Of a stretch of 64,000 nucleotides of DNA, positions 13,336 to 25,445 are shown one piece after another. Within the stretch, counting starts at the first letter, position 1; every line of letters starts with the position of its first letter. The stretch is from Camelus dromedarius (taxonomy: Eukaryota). The notes under the pieces are model-generated. The model ran no database searches. It saw nothing but the letters and a program-made list of their open reading frames with translations, and was not told the DNA's origin. Where the stretch lies: the NCBI RefSeq assembly GCF_036321535.1, contig NC_087438.1, forward strand, positions 10,046,001 to 10,110,000, in the 5' to 3' direction. A program made the position numbers and the translations under genes.

Positions 13336-14644
13336 CCTGTAGGATGCTCTTCATCTATAAACACCATTTATTGTTCTTCTTGCAGTGTCAGCGAGAGATG
13401 AAATCTTAAATGGATCTTTTTTTGCACCCAGGTCCTTTAAACACATACTAAAGAGGCAATACAGACACCAGGTTGGCTTGAATAACTCCTCTCTAAGGAG
13501 CCAGCCAAGCTTTCAACTCAAGGCTGTCACATTGGCACCTTTTTAAAAAAGTGCTCATGAGAAGGGTCATCAAGGAAGAAACAAAATCCATCCTTAGTGC
13601 CTGTTGTCTGTGTCAGCACACATCCTATTCATTTCTCCTGTAATTATTTAGTGGATGGAGTAAGAGCAAGGACGTGTTATTATATTAGGAAGTTATTTGT
13701 TCCTTGAATCTAAAGATTATGCCTACAGCTCGCGTTACATCAGAGGTAGGATGTAAATGCTTAAAGCTCTGTTAAAATGACAGTGCTTTAATAGCAATGG
13801 CACTTGAAGTTTATGGCACCTTTCAGGGTGGATCTCAAAGCACTTGGCAAATATTCATTACATTTCAACAGGGTATGATACCCAAGGATTTCCTTTTTAT
13901 AAGTCCAAGAAAAGAAAAACAATTGCCTTTTTAAAAAATCTGCCTGTTTTTTTTTTTAGCCCTAACATTCTAATATTTAATTATGCCTAATTCTTAAATT
14001 ACCCAAAAGTCTCTTGGCAATAAATTTCTGTAATAGAAAATTAAATAAATAAAGTGATTGACTTCATTAGGATGAGAACTTGTACATCCTGAGCTTATTC
14101 AGAAGAAATACTAACTTTTCTGGCTTTGTAACATAAGATTCACACAAAGAACCCTCACAAAGCATCATCTGAAATTCCAGGGGTGGAAGGTATAAAGCAA
14201 GTCACCAAAGAATACAGCACCTTTTAAAAAAATCTTCAAAAGCTAGAATTCTTCCCTGAGCTACCACTGTTAAAAATTAATCCAGGAATTCAGGTTTGGA
14301 GATGAGGTAGGAGGGAGGGTGGGAGGGAATTAGAAAAGGAGGAGAAGCAAAGACTGTTTAAATATTTATGATTTTTATTTGAAATCAGAGAAAGATTCCC
14401 TCCTTTCAAACTTGAAGTGTCATGATAATTAAGGACTTCAGATATTTTATGTTTTATCTGATGAGTTTTGACTTCAAAGGAGTTTAGAGGGCAAAGTGTC
14501 AGCCAACACTTTTACTGTAGCCCCCCACGCCCACCCCCGAAGCCTCAGCCTCATCACAGTGGCTTCAGCACGGTCGCTCCCAACATGGCACCCTGGGGAC
14601 AATTTCTCTACTCTAAAATGGCCAACGAAAGCCCCTAATCTTGG

Positions 14645-15209
14645 TGTTCCGAACGTCCGTTGTTGAGTAATAAACAAGTCCAAAACATAAAAGCTCAAAT
14701 AACAATTTATGATTGTGTCTCACAGTTCTGTGAGTTGACTGGGCTGAGTGGTTCCTGCTCAGAGACTGATGGAGTTGCAGCCTGATACCATGTCAGCTGG
14801 GGTTGTGGTTACCTGGAGACTCGCTGGGTTGGACATCCTCTGAGGTGCATCCACGGAGGCCACAGCAGAGATGGCTCAGCCGGGGCTGTTGACCTACATG
14901 AGCCTCTCCATGTGACTTGGACTTCCCACAGCCGGGTGGCCAGGTTTCCAGAGGAGCACTGCAGGGATGAGTGTTTCAAAGGGCAGGAAGCAGAAGCCGC
15001 CAGGCCAGTGAGGGGCTGTGCTGGGAACTGTGGCAACGTGATTTCCACAGTAACCAACAGATGAAAGTAGCCACAGGGCCCACCCAGGTTCCAGGGTGTG
15101 GAGAAATAAATTGCCCCTCCCGATGGGGAGCAGGAAGGTCACCTTGCCGAAAAGCATGTGGGATGGGAGATGCCGTTGCAGCCATTTTTGGAACATATGA
15201 TCCACTGCA
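14645..15209 (-). mobile_element. MaLR solo LTR (MLT1F/G/H-like)
   Basis: aacaatttatgattgtgtctcacagttctgtgagttgactgggct...gcctctccatgtgacttggacttccc...gcagccatttttggaa. Confidence 0.8.
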
Positions 15210-16832
15210 CTCAGCTTTGTCATTAACCTGCAACGAAGCTATCCAGCTGCAGATAAATTTCCATTTCCACAGTGTTATTCTGTGCTTAATTGGGCACAGA
15301 GTAATACTCAATTTATTTTTTCTAACTGTTGCCAAGGTTACACTTGGGTCTTAACTGATAGTAGTTCGTACCCTTTTATACCTTCAAAGGCTATTCTAAT
15401 TCAGACAGGTATCGGAGCCCAGCGATAACAGGTCATGGGGAGGAGGGCATGGCTGAAGCTGCCACTATTTGATTGACAATCACGATAGTGCTGTGTCCCT
15501 GTGGCAGCTCCCAGCCTCTCAAAGAGGACCAGGCAAGAACATGTAACTAGATCAGTTCAAATCCATCACAATCATGAAAACTGTTTTTACTGAGTTCACA
15601 ACCAACCTCTCTTTCAAGCCTTATGTCCCAATATTTCTCACCAGCATCCGTATTCTGATCCAACCAGACTTCTCACGTTGTGATTCCTGGCCTTGTTTGC
15701 TCTGTCTTCTCTACTCCCACCTCTCCCCATCCCAGCTCAGACTCCACACCCACATGCCCACTGATTGAAATACCACTCCTTCTGTGGCAAATTCAAATGC
15801 CAGTTCCTCTAGGTTGACTTCCTTCCTGATTGCCCTGCCGAATGGGTGGAACCCTGCTCTTCTTTGAACCTCTGTAACTTTGCCTGCTGCCTCTGGGGAC
15901 TCCTACCTTGTCTACCTGGAGTCACAGTCCTGTTGAGGCTTGTCTAATTCCTTCCCTTTACCTTTGCATCCATTCCCTACACAACCCAGGGCAATGGCTC
16001 CCACACCACAGGTGGCGTTGAAGAGTGTTGAATTGGATTGAACCTTCAGGAATGTCATTCTCCTTAAATTGTCATCCACATTCACTCATTCGTCCACTTA
16101 GTAACCTGACAAATCCAACAAACAGTGATAGGGCATAGTCCCCACACTAAACCAAAAGACTGTTTTAACATAACTCTACACTTAAATACATACTCCCACT
16201 TCCACAAGAGAAACGAGCTTACCAGAGGAGACAGGCACCACGTGTCACATATTTACTTCCATTTCAGCTCCTTAAAGACCAGAACAGATGTCTCTTGGTG
16301 CTAGATCAAGGACGATCCAAAGACCTGAGTGAAGCTTCCACAGAACCTGGAATTCATCATCTGCTCAGTGCGCCCTTGGCAGCCAGACCTCCAACAGGCC
16401 CACAAATGTTGCCCCTTCTGAGCACGTTCACAAATGTGGGGACTTCCTCGGTGAATATCTGACTCTGTTTCTGCTCCATCCACAGGGGGCTGGATGATCT
16501 GTCCGTCTATGCTCCCAATGTGGCTCCTAAACTTTCTACTCCCTGGGTTGGTCTTTGCTACTTTCTTACAGGTAAGTCTTTATACCAGGAGAAAGGCCAG
16601 CAAAATGAGTTCCAGGCCTTTCTTGGAGGACAGTCAGAAACTCCCCACTCAAGGTGGAATGAAATCTTCTAACACAAAGGCGAGTTATTTAGCCCCTCTG
16701 GTCTCCGTTTCCTCGAGTGAAAATGGGACTAGTTACAGCCCCTACTTCGATTAGGTGATGCACGCATGCATTACTACTTTGCCAGTAAGCAGCCCATGAA
16801 TGTGAAGTTTTCTTGCTGTTGCTGAATTACTG

Positions 16833-17170
16833 CTGTCTCGGGTCATGTTTCTCAGAAGCAGACTCTGAGACAAGGAAGAGTCTGATTCTGGGCTAAGTCA
16901 CAGGGAGGGCAGTGTCAACCGAATCCATGAGGGGATGGGGAGTGGGGGCACTCATCGTCAAGGGCACGGGCTTCCTGGGGGAAAGAATTTCCTGGCACTG
17001 CCTGCTCTCTTGGTTGACAGGCAAATGAGCTCCAGGACCCTAAGCGCAGTTCTCCAAGAAGAGTGGCAGGTGTGAGCCTTGGGAAACAAAAGCACACTAG
17101 AGCTGGGAGAGCAAGCAGGACCATAGAGGGGACCCAAGGGGTCTGGGGGAGTCCTGAAGTATGTGTCTAG
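16833..17170 (-). mobile_element. Old ERVL-class LTR remnant
   Basis: tgtctcgggtcatgtttctcagaagcagactctgagacaagg matches a recalled LTR16/LTR33-type terminus. Confidence 0.45.
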
Positions 17171-17596
17171 CTGTCTTCTGCAAAGCATTTCCTGCAATTC
17201 TTGTCTTTGATTTGCCTTTTCATTCTACCAGCCCATTCTCTGTCCTACACTCCAGCTCATTTGACAGCCTATAGTCGGTTCATTCATTCAGCAAACACTT
17301 ACTGAGTCCTACTATGAGCAGACACCATGCTGGCACCTAGGAATAGATCACAGAAAAAAATAAACAAAAATATTCAGTGGTGGTGAATTTTACCACCTTT
17401 TAAAATATATCTAATTTTTAGAAATAGCTGAAAAGTCAGAGAAGATGTGATTAACCGCATGGCAATTTTTGCCCAGAGTAGACTGCAATTATACATTAAT
17501 AAGACTAATTTTCTCCTAAGCCTATTAAACTAATCTTTCCCAGGCAATACTTTTCATAGGACTTTTGTTTTAAAGTACACTTTAAAAAAAGATTAC

Positions 17597-17658
17597 AGAG
17601 GGAAATTGATACAACATTGAAAAATGACTATAACTCAATAAAAAATGTGAAAAAAAAG
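17597..17658 (+). mobile_element. About 60-bp extreme 3' tip of camelid L1
   Basis: ggaaattgatacaacattgaaaaatgactataactcaataaaaa, homologous to 6525-6570; TSD AAAAGATTAC (17587-17596 and 17659-17668). Confidence 0.8.
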
Positions 17659-19052
17659 AAAAGATTACGTAAGTACCTATTCACAGCATGGAAAACTTGG
17701 AAAATAAAAAAAGTAAATTAATCACCTATAATTCCACTGACTTAATACAACTACCCTCAGCATTTGGGGGGATTTTCTTCCTGTCTTTTCTTCTGTCTAT
17801 TTCACTTTTTTAAAAAATAAATTTGAAATAATTAATGTACATTCATACATTCCTTTCTCATTTCATGTATTACCATAAGCATAGTCCCACAGTCTACATG
17901 AACAATATTTTAATGATCATATAACATGAGATTCTTTATTAATTCATTCCCTATTATTAGCTCTTTGGGTTATTCACAGTATTTTCACGAAATGATCCAA
18001 TTGATTAATTGGGAAAATAACTTCAAAGGAGGAGTTTCAATTATACGTGAAGCAGTGAAACCACAGTCGCAATGAGTCAGGATTCTGGGGGAGCACTCCT
18101 GAAGGACGACCCTGATTTGGATATATCAGGTTTAACGTGTTGATTAAAAAAAAAAACAGTCACCTTACCCTGCAGTTTCATATTTCACATGCTTGAGAAG
18201 TTCTTTATAATTTTACAGGAGGCCTCCAAAAGAGGAATTCTTGGAATTTGATTTTTATCTCCATCCGGCTGCATCAGAAGCCATCTCCTAAAACTCCCTG
18301 GAAGTGCTCTGCCACCCCTTGAGGGGAGGACACTGGAGGGAGAGGCCGGGGCATCCTGCGATTTGTCCATCCATGTTACTCCTGCCAAGGCCTCAGCTGA
18401 CCCCGGAAGGGCCTTTGCGGCAGCTCTCCCGGAAAGGCCCCCAGGTCTAGTTGTCACTGCTTTTTCAGAAGGCTCTCCAAGGTCCCAGACATCTGTTAGA
18501 CACGGCCCAAGACAAAGACAGTTGGGAAAACCCACAAGGAAGGAAATCCCACCGTGAAAGGAGCTGCCTCTGGGGTCCACTGAGAGCCATCGTTGACCAT
18601 TGTGCAGTTACAAAGGCTCAAGTCTATGGCAGATCCTGATTCCGGGTCAGTCTCTTGGCTGCTGTAGAGGAGGACTGAGGAGGGACACAGAAGTGCCTGT
18701 GTCCCCAGCAGTGCCTGCCAGTGGCTGACGGGGCAGCTGAGGGACTGCTGCCAAGAGCTGGACTCCATCTAGAGAGGGCCTGGCCCCCCAAGGAGACCAC
18801 ACGACAGGCACGACAATGGGCCATTAGCTCTCTGGGGCTTCCCCCCACCACACACCCTGGAGTGCTGGCATTTCCCGCCTGGCCCCCATGCTCGTCTAGA
18901 GCTCCCTGCAAACTGTAGTAAACCAGTCAAAACTTTCCAACAGCCACCTGCACAGACGCCCCAGGCAGGATGAATATGCAAAAGTCTGCCTTCTTTATCC
19001 ACACCCCCACCAGCATCCCCCGGTAAGGCCAGGAAAAAGGAGAATGAGTTTT

Positions 19053-19214
19053 TCGATTTTTTTTTTTAAACAAAGGGGATTTATTTAGTTTACTTAACTA
19101 GAAAGTTTATTTGGAGAAGTAATTGGGCTTATTTATTTATTTTTAATGGAGGTACTGGGGATTGAACCTATACTAAACACATGCTCTACCACTGAGCTAT
19201 ACCCCTCTCCCCCA
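19053..19214 (-). mobile_element. tRNA-derived camelid SINE (Vic-1-like)
   Basis: Reverse complement reads GGGGTATAGCTCAGTGGTAGAGCATGTG...GGTTCAATCCCCAGTACCTCC (A and B boxes) with an AT-rich tail; TSD AGAATGAGTTTT (19041-19052 and 19215-19226). Confidence 0.88.
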
Positions 19215-20764
19215 AGAATGAGTTTTAAAAATATATAAACTGTTCACAATGGGGAGCAGGCTTTCAGTGCTGCTCACCGTGTCAGTGCCTTTGGCAGATG
19301 GTTGACGTCAGCGTGCAAAGCACGCTGGGTGAAGAGGACAAGCATGTGGGAGGGAGACAGGGGTGTCCAAGGGGCATCAGAAAATAAAAATCATCTCAAA
19401 GCTGCTGTCGACAGCTTTCTCTTAACAGTTTCTGCAGCTCATCAGAAGCCTTCGTATGACAGATGCTATGGTCCCTGAAGTGGGCCACTAGGGCAAAGGG
19501 TCAGGCCTGGGTGTTGGCATGGACCGCAATCCAGCTCCTGCTCTCCAGGATTAAAACTGGAAATGACCTCACGCTTGATGGGCTCAGCCTGAGGCTCTTT
19601 ATTTTCACTCAGGGCTGGGAGAGGAGGTGGTTTCTTAAAAAAAAAAAAAAAAAAAAAAAACTTCTAAAAAGAGGAAAGGGAAATCAGGTTAAAACAAAAA
19701 CTAACACAAACATTTTTCCTATACCACCACAAGTGGACTTCTAGAGCTGACATATCTAAACATCTCCTCTAAGGAAATACAGTTAAAGAAACGTGGGAAG
19801 GAGATTGTGATAACAGAGTCTAATTTGCAGGCTGAAGGGCATCCTAAGGTAGAGGAGGCTCCCTATTGCTGGCTTCCGTGAGGCCATGGCCATGGGCTGG
19901 TGTCCACTATAAAGGGTGAGGGTCAGAGCTGGGGGCCCAGAATGTACTACTTTGCAAAAGCGTAAAGGGCATTTAGCATGGAAGAGTGCTGGCAGGTGTC
20001 CTGTATAGGGCTGATATGTGGAAAGCAGGCTCTACTAGAGGTGTATCTGCTGTTAAAATGATGACTACTTCCACACTGGGGGGCAGAGGCTGTTGCCCCA
20101 AACCTCGTTGGGGCTACTCCTCTTCTACCCCCACCCCTCGACCCTCCCAGCACTGAAAACCAAGGACCAGCATCTCCAGGAGCCAACCTGGCAATTGCCA
20201 GCCTGTAGGTGTACCAGGAACCCTGCCACACGCAAACCCCATCCCTGTGTGTTCACCACCCCAGCCAGGAAGGGCTCGGACCATAGTACTGGGGAAAAGG
20301 CCAGTGCTGGGTAACCAGGTGCACCGTTTACCCAAGGCATCCTCAAGAACACAGCCCCCGAACGGTACCATCTAGACATGTATCAACGCTACCTTTGTAC
20401 ATACTTAATAGCAGGGCTTAATATCCCATTTAAGACTTCCTCAGACCTTAGAGTTACCAAAGTGTGAGTAATTGTACTGTGCTTTTTGTTGTATAGAGGA
20501 CAGTCTAAAGCAGAGAATATTTAAATAACTAAGACATGCTAGGCTAAATACTAGCCAAGGCAGAGCCAAGACTCTGAGATCCTTCAAAGCCATCAGGAAG
20601 AACTAGATCTTCCATGAAGAGCTTTTTGGAAAATTTCTCTTCCTCTTTTAAGTTGTGTCCAATCTATATTAAATCTCTTAACTGAGTTGGGGGGTTTTGT
20701 CTAAAAAAAGTATGGGAGAAATAATGTTTCCATACAAAGGTGCAAAGCTGGAAGCTACATGCTT

Positions 20765-20920
20765 CCCATGTAATCCTCATGGGCTCTGACACTGGGTTAT
20801 GGACCCCTTTTACAGATGAAGAAACTGAGGCTTAGAAAAATTAAGTAATTTACTCAAGGGCCTAGAAGCTAGAAGATGGCAGACAGCATTGGAAGCCAGT
20901 TCTGTCTAACTAAAAAGCCC
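20765..20920 (-). mobile_element. MIR
   Basis: ttttacagatgaagaaactgaggcttagaaaaattaagtaatttactcaagg core. Confidence 0.85.
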
Positions 20921-21069
20921 CATATTACTCGCTCTCCACCTAACACTGTCTCATCTGTGATTGGTAAACAGTTTGCCCATGGTGTTACCTGTATTGGGAA
21001 GTTACTTAGCTATTATGGTTTGAAAGAAAAAAAGGCTTATGGAAGTGTGAGGTCAAGAGCATGTGCTTT

Positions 21070-21898
21070 CCCCATGCAGATCAATGAAGTTAGAACAGCA
21101 CCTCACACCGTAGACAAAAATAAATTCAAAATGGCTTAAAGACTTAAACATAAGTCAAGACACTACAACCTCATGGAAGAAAAAGTAGGCAAAACATTCT
21201 CTGACATAAATCTTAGCAATGTTCTCCTAGGCAGTCTACCCAGGCAATAGAAATAAATGCAGAAAGAAACAAATGGGACCTAATGAAACTGATAAGCTTT
21301 CGAACAGCAAAGGAAACTATAAACGAAACAAAAAGACAGTCTACAGAATGGGAGACAATATTTGCAAGCGATGTGACTGACAAGGGCTTAATTTCCAGAA
21401 TATACAAACAGTTCGTACAACTCAATAAAAAAAACAAAAAACCCAAACCAAAACTGGCAGAAGACATAAACAAACATTTCTCCAATGAGAACATATAAGT
21501 GGCCAAAAGACACATGAAAAAATGCTCAATATCACTAATTATCAGAGAAATGCAAATCAAAACTACAATAAGGTATCACCTCACACAGAATGGCCACCAT
21601 TAAAAAGTCTACAAATGATAAATGCTGGAAAGGGTGTGGAGAAAAGGGAACCCTCCTACGTGTTGGTGGGAATGTAGTTAGATGCAGCTATTATGGAAAC
21701 AGTATGGAGATTCCTTAAAAAAACTAAAGATAGACTTACCATATGATCCAGCAATCCCACTCCTAGGCATATATACAGAGGAAACTCTAATTAGAAAAGA
21801 TATATGCACCCCAATGTTCCTAGCACTATTTACAATAGCCAAGACATGGAAGCAACCTAAATGTCCATTGACAGATGATTGGATAAAGAAGTTGTGAC

Positions 21899-21931
<33 letters not shown>

Positions 21932-22507
21932 CACACACTATATATAAACTATATATATAATTATATAAATAAACTATATATATTTTATACACACACACTA
22001 TGGAATGGAATACTATTCAGCCATAAAAAAGAATAAAATAATGCCATTTGCAGCAACATAGACGGACCTGGAGATTGTCATACCAAGTGAAGCAAGCCAG
22101 AAAGAAAAATACCATATGGTATTGCTTAAATGCGGAATCTTCAAAAAAAGTGACATATTTTTATTTATGTCATATTTACAAAATGTTTACAAAACAGAAA
22201 CAAACTCACAGACATGAAAACAAACTTATGGTTACCCAGGGAGGATGTGGGGTGGAGGGATAGATTGGGAGTTCAGGATTTCCAGATACTAACCACTATA
22301 TAAAAAATAGATAAACAACTGGGCCCTTCTATATAGCACAGGGAACTGTATTCCTTATCTTGTAATAGCCTATAATGAAAAAGAATATGAAAAGGACTCT
22401 ATATGTATAACTGAATCACTATGCTGTATACCAGAAATTAACACACCATTGTAAACCAACTATACTTCAACTAAAAAATTAATTAATTAAATAAAACAAA
22501 TGAAAAA
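21070..22507 (+). mobile_element. 5'-truncated cetartiodactyl L1 (L1_Art-like), ORF2 C-terminus plus 3' UTR
   Basis: Peptides [29 protein letters not shown] and LKIDLPYDPAIPLLGIY...IAKTWKQPKCP; A tail; decayed TSD AAGAGCATGTGCTTT / AAGATCACATGCTTT. Confidence 0.93.
21899..21998. repeat. Compound (GT)n(AT)n(AC)n microsatellite inside L1
   Basis: Directly visible. Confidence 0.9.
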
Positions 22508-23974
22508 AAGATCACATGCTTTGGAGAGAAAGTCAATTGTCACCCTTCAGAGAGGAGTTGATTTCCCCAAGTGTCCCCCAAGTCTCAGGCTCATCTGGCC
22601 ATGCCCCATTCACCTGCTCAAGAGAAGAGGTGTCACTGTCTAGATGGTGTCATCTCTTCTGGCCAGACAGACTCTGTCTCCTCCAGACTGCTAATCTTGT
22701 GTCAACCACCACTTTCTTCTTATAGCCTATTATTGATAAATACATATTTTTTTCTCTGCTAGACTCTAATCTCATTCAAATTGGAATCCATGAATGATCT
22801 TTTTTTTATCCTATACATCTAGCAAATAACACAAGAGATGCTCATATCAGTTGAGTGAAGGAATGAATGAGTATGGCAGATAATCTTTTCTCTCTCTCAT
22901 TTTACATCCTACACCGGTTGCACACAACACAACACAGATGCTGAATAGCTGTGCACTGAGGGAGTGAATGAGTGTAGGGATACAGAAATGGTCCTCGATC
23001 TGCAAGGATTCACATCAAAAGGTTGTTTCTCCAAGGATGTAACTAAGAACGTGACACTCTTAGTAATATGAGACATGGTTACGGCCAGAGGAAAACACTG
23101 GTCAGTAAGAGGTCAATGGGCCTCTGTCACACCCATCAGATTATAATTATTTTTCTCTGAAAGTCCTGCATTTCGACCACTTTTTAAAAAATCTTAACAA
23201 TGATTGGTTATATTGTCACCTGAAGTATTTAACTTCAGACAGAGGATTCTCAGAATGTGTCTCTAATGACAGAACTCAAAGGAAGATGAAACCCAACACC
23301 AGGGCAGTCAACCCTCCTCAGCCCTTAGAATTACCTTGTTTTCCAGTTTTCCAATAGTCATTCTTTGTTTTCACTTGGTCTTGGAAATTGTTACTTTTTT
23401 AAAAGAACCAAACTCAAATCACTTTTTTAAAAGAACCAAAGAACAGGTGTTAATATGCCAACACCTGTGATTTCATGGGACTTTAATGCTCAGAGTACAA
23501 TCCTCACCTGCACATTTTTGAAAAATAAAGTTTACTGAAGTCAGTTACAATATTTAAGTGAAACAGATGTTAGCTGGCCCTAGACCAGTCACAGAGACAC
23601 ATGTCAAAATATAACAGTTGGAGCAGAAACCCAACCTTGTTCAGAAACTAGCTTACTTCAAGATGGGAGAACCAATTTATATTATCTCACAAGGGCATTG
23701 CTTAATCCAGACTTAATTTTACCTAATTTGAGGATCACATGACAGTTATTGCAACACAACTAGTTTCTTCATTTCTACCTTCATGTCTTACTTCCAGAGA
23801 GAATGACCCTTTGCCTCTGAGTGAATGGCCCTGTCCAATTTTCAGGAACATGAAGGACTGTCAGAATTTGTCAGCTGCAAGGCAGGCCCGGTGATGGTCT
23901 CAGCCAGCATCAAGGAGTCAGAATAAAAAAAAAAAAAGAATTAAAAAAAAAAAAAAAGGAGTCAGAATAGCCCA

Positions 23975-24210
23975 TCAGCGTCGTCCTCAGTTTGGCTCAG
24001 ACGGCCAGGCCCTTAGCCCCCTTCACTGGTCTGGATACAGGTTGCCACAGGAATGGGTATGACCTTGGGCAAGACCGCTTTCTACAACAGAGAGGCTCCC
24101 TGAAGCGGGTGACCACTGAAGGCTGTCTGCTGACAGTGTTCCCAGCAGCTGCAGCAACACATCTTTTATTGAAGGCAAGTCCTGGTGGTACAACACAGAG
24201 CCCACCACAC
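23975..24210 (-). mobile_element. LTR16A-like ERVL LTR fragment
   Basis: tgaccttgggcaag...ctgaaggctgtctgctgacagtgttcccagcagctg...cagagcccaccaca matches recalled LTR16A. Confidence 0.7.
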
Positions 24211-25016
24211 ACCCCCCGCTCAGCTGGGAGGAACATACATGTGCACAGGAAATTATAATACCGTGATGGCAATAGGATAGCATTCAAGCTGGGACTCCAT
24301 TCAGACAGCTGAGAAATTTATTGTACGTGCTTTGGGGGCTGAGGGAAGCTTCTCTGGGGGATGTCTCATGTGACTGGGGGAGAAATGCACTTGCAAAGGA
24401 CAAGTAGCTCAGTAACGTGGAGACAGTAAAGATGAGGCTGCTGGGAAACGTGGGCCAGATCTTATCTGCCACGTTGACGATTAAGACGAGCAGTAGGAAG
24501 CCATGGAGTGCTGCAGAGGGAGGCCACCCTGCATCAGACTAGGGGGAGAACAGGAGGTGAGGAAGTGGAGACGACAAGACTACACAACTCTCTTAAGGAG
24601 TTTTGTTACAATGAACACTCCAGGAGGGTAAGGCTAAATCTCCATAGGGTTTAATTTCATTTCATTAGCTCATTTTAGAATAAGCTAGGTTTTAGAAGCT
24701 GAAATAAGGTCTTGATAAGCTTCCTAGGGGAAGATATGAGAAACAAAGCCATAAAAACATGCCTTGTGAGGTTTGGGGCCAGTAGACTAGCAAGGAATCG
24801 AGCTGGGGTCAGACCACAGAAAGCCAATAAAAAGCTGGGCCAGAGCGTTGGTGTCTAGGGCATGTGTATTTCTTCTCAGGATGATTCGCTGAGCCAGATT
24901 CATGAATGAAGAAGAAGGACATGGTCCTTCAGAAAGAATTTAAACCAACCAACCCACCAACCAACTGAACAATTCTAAACTGAAGAAAAAATACACATTA
25001 GTCAAAAGGTTGTTAG

Positions 25017-25150
25017 GGGTGGGGAGGGTATCACTCAGTGGTAGAGCACATGCTTATGAGGTCCTGGGTTCAATCCCCAATACCTCCATAAATAAACAAA
25101 CAAAAAAACAAACAAATGTAATTACCTCCCCCCAATTTTTTTTTAATAAA
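25017..25150 (+). mobile_element. tRNA-derived camelid SINE (Vic-1-like)
   Basis: ggggagggtatcactcagtggtagagcacatgctt...gaggtcctgggttcaatccccaatacctcc, then (aaac)n and aattacctcccccc. Confidence 0.88.
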
Positions 25151-25159
25151 AATTTGTGC

Positions 25160-25445
25160 TAACGAATAGACCCTTGAGTTTTGAGGGCTTAACAAAAGTA
25201 AAAGTGTATTTCACTAACATCCTAGTCCATTTCCGATTGGGTAGCTCTGCTCCATCTTGTACCTTTACCATCTAGGACATGTTGCCACCAGGGCTGATGT
25301 GGATGGGGGATGGAGATTAGAGGTCCACAAAGAGGAGTGTACATATCACATTGGACAGAATATGGTCACATGGCCCCATCTAACTGCAAGGAAGTCTGGG
25401 AATTGTAGTCTGTGGGCCTTTGAAGAAGAAAAAAATGGACCCTGG
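25160..25445 (-). mobile_element. Old MaLR LTR remnant (MLT1J/K-like)
   Basis: ggcttaacaaaagtaaaagtgtatttc...ggtcacatggccccatctaactgcaaggaagtctgggaattgtagtct. Confidence 0.65.

Noticed and set aside
16000..16020. CTCF-like CCACAGGTGGCG (also 32105-32123)
   Set aside because: Only the 3' half of the motif matches, which is expected by chance.
19637..19660. 24-nt poly(A) run as a possible tail-only insertion
   Set aside because: No convincing TSD.
25021..25090. tRNA-like sequence (also at 19140-19210 and 52975-53050)
   Set aside because: These are SINE heads with tails and/or TSDs and a broken cloverleaf, not tRNA genes.
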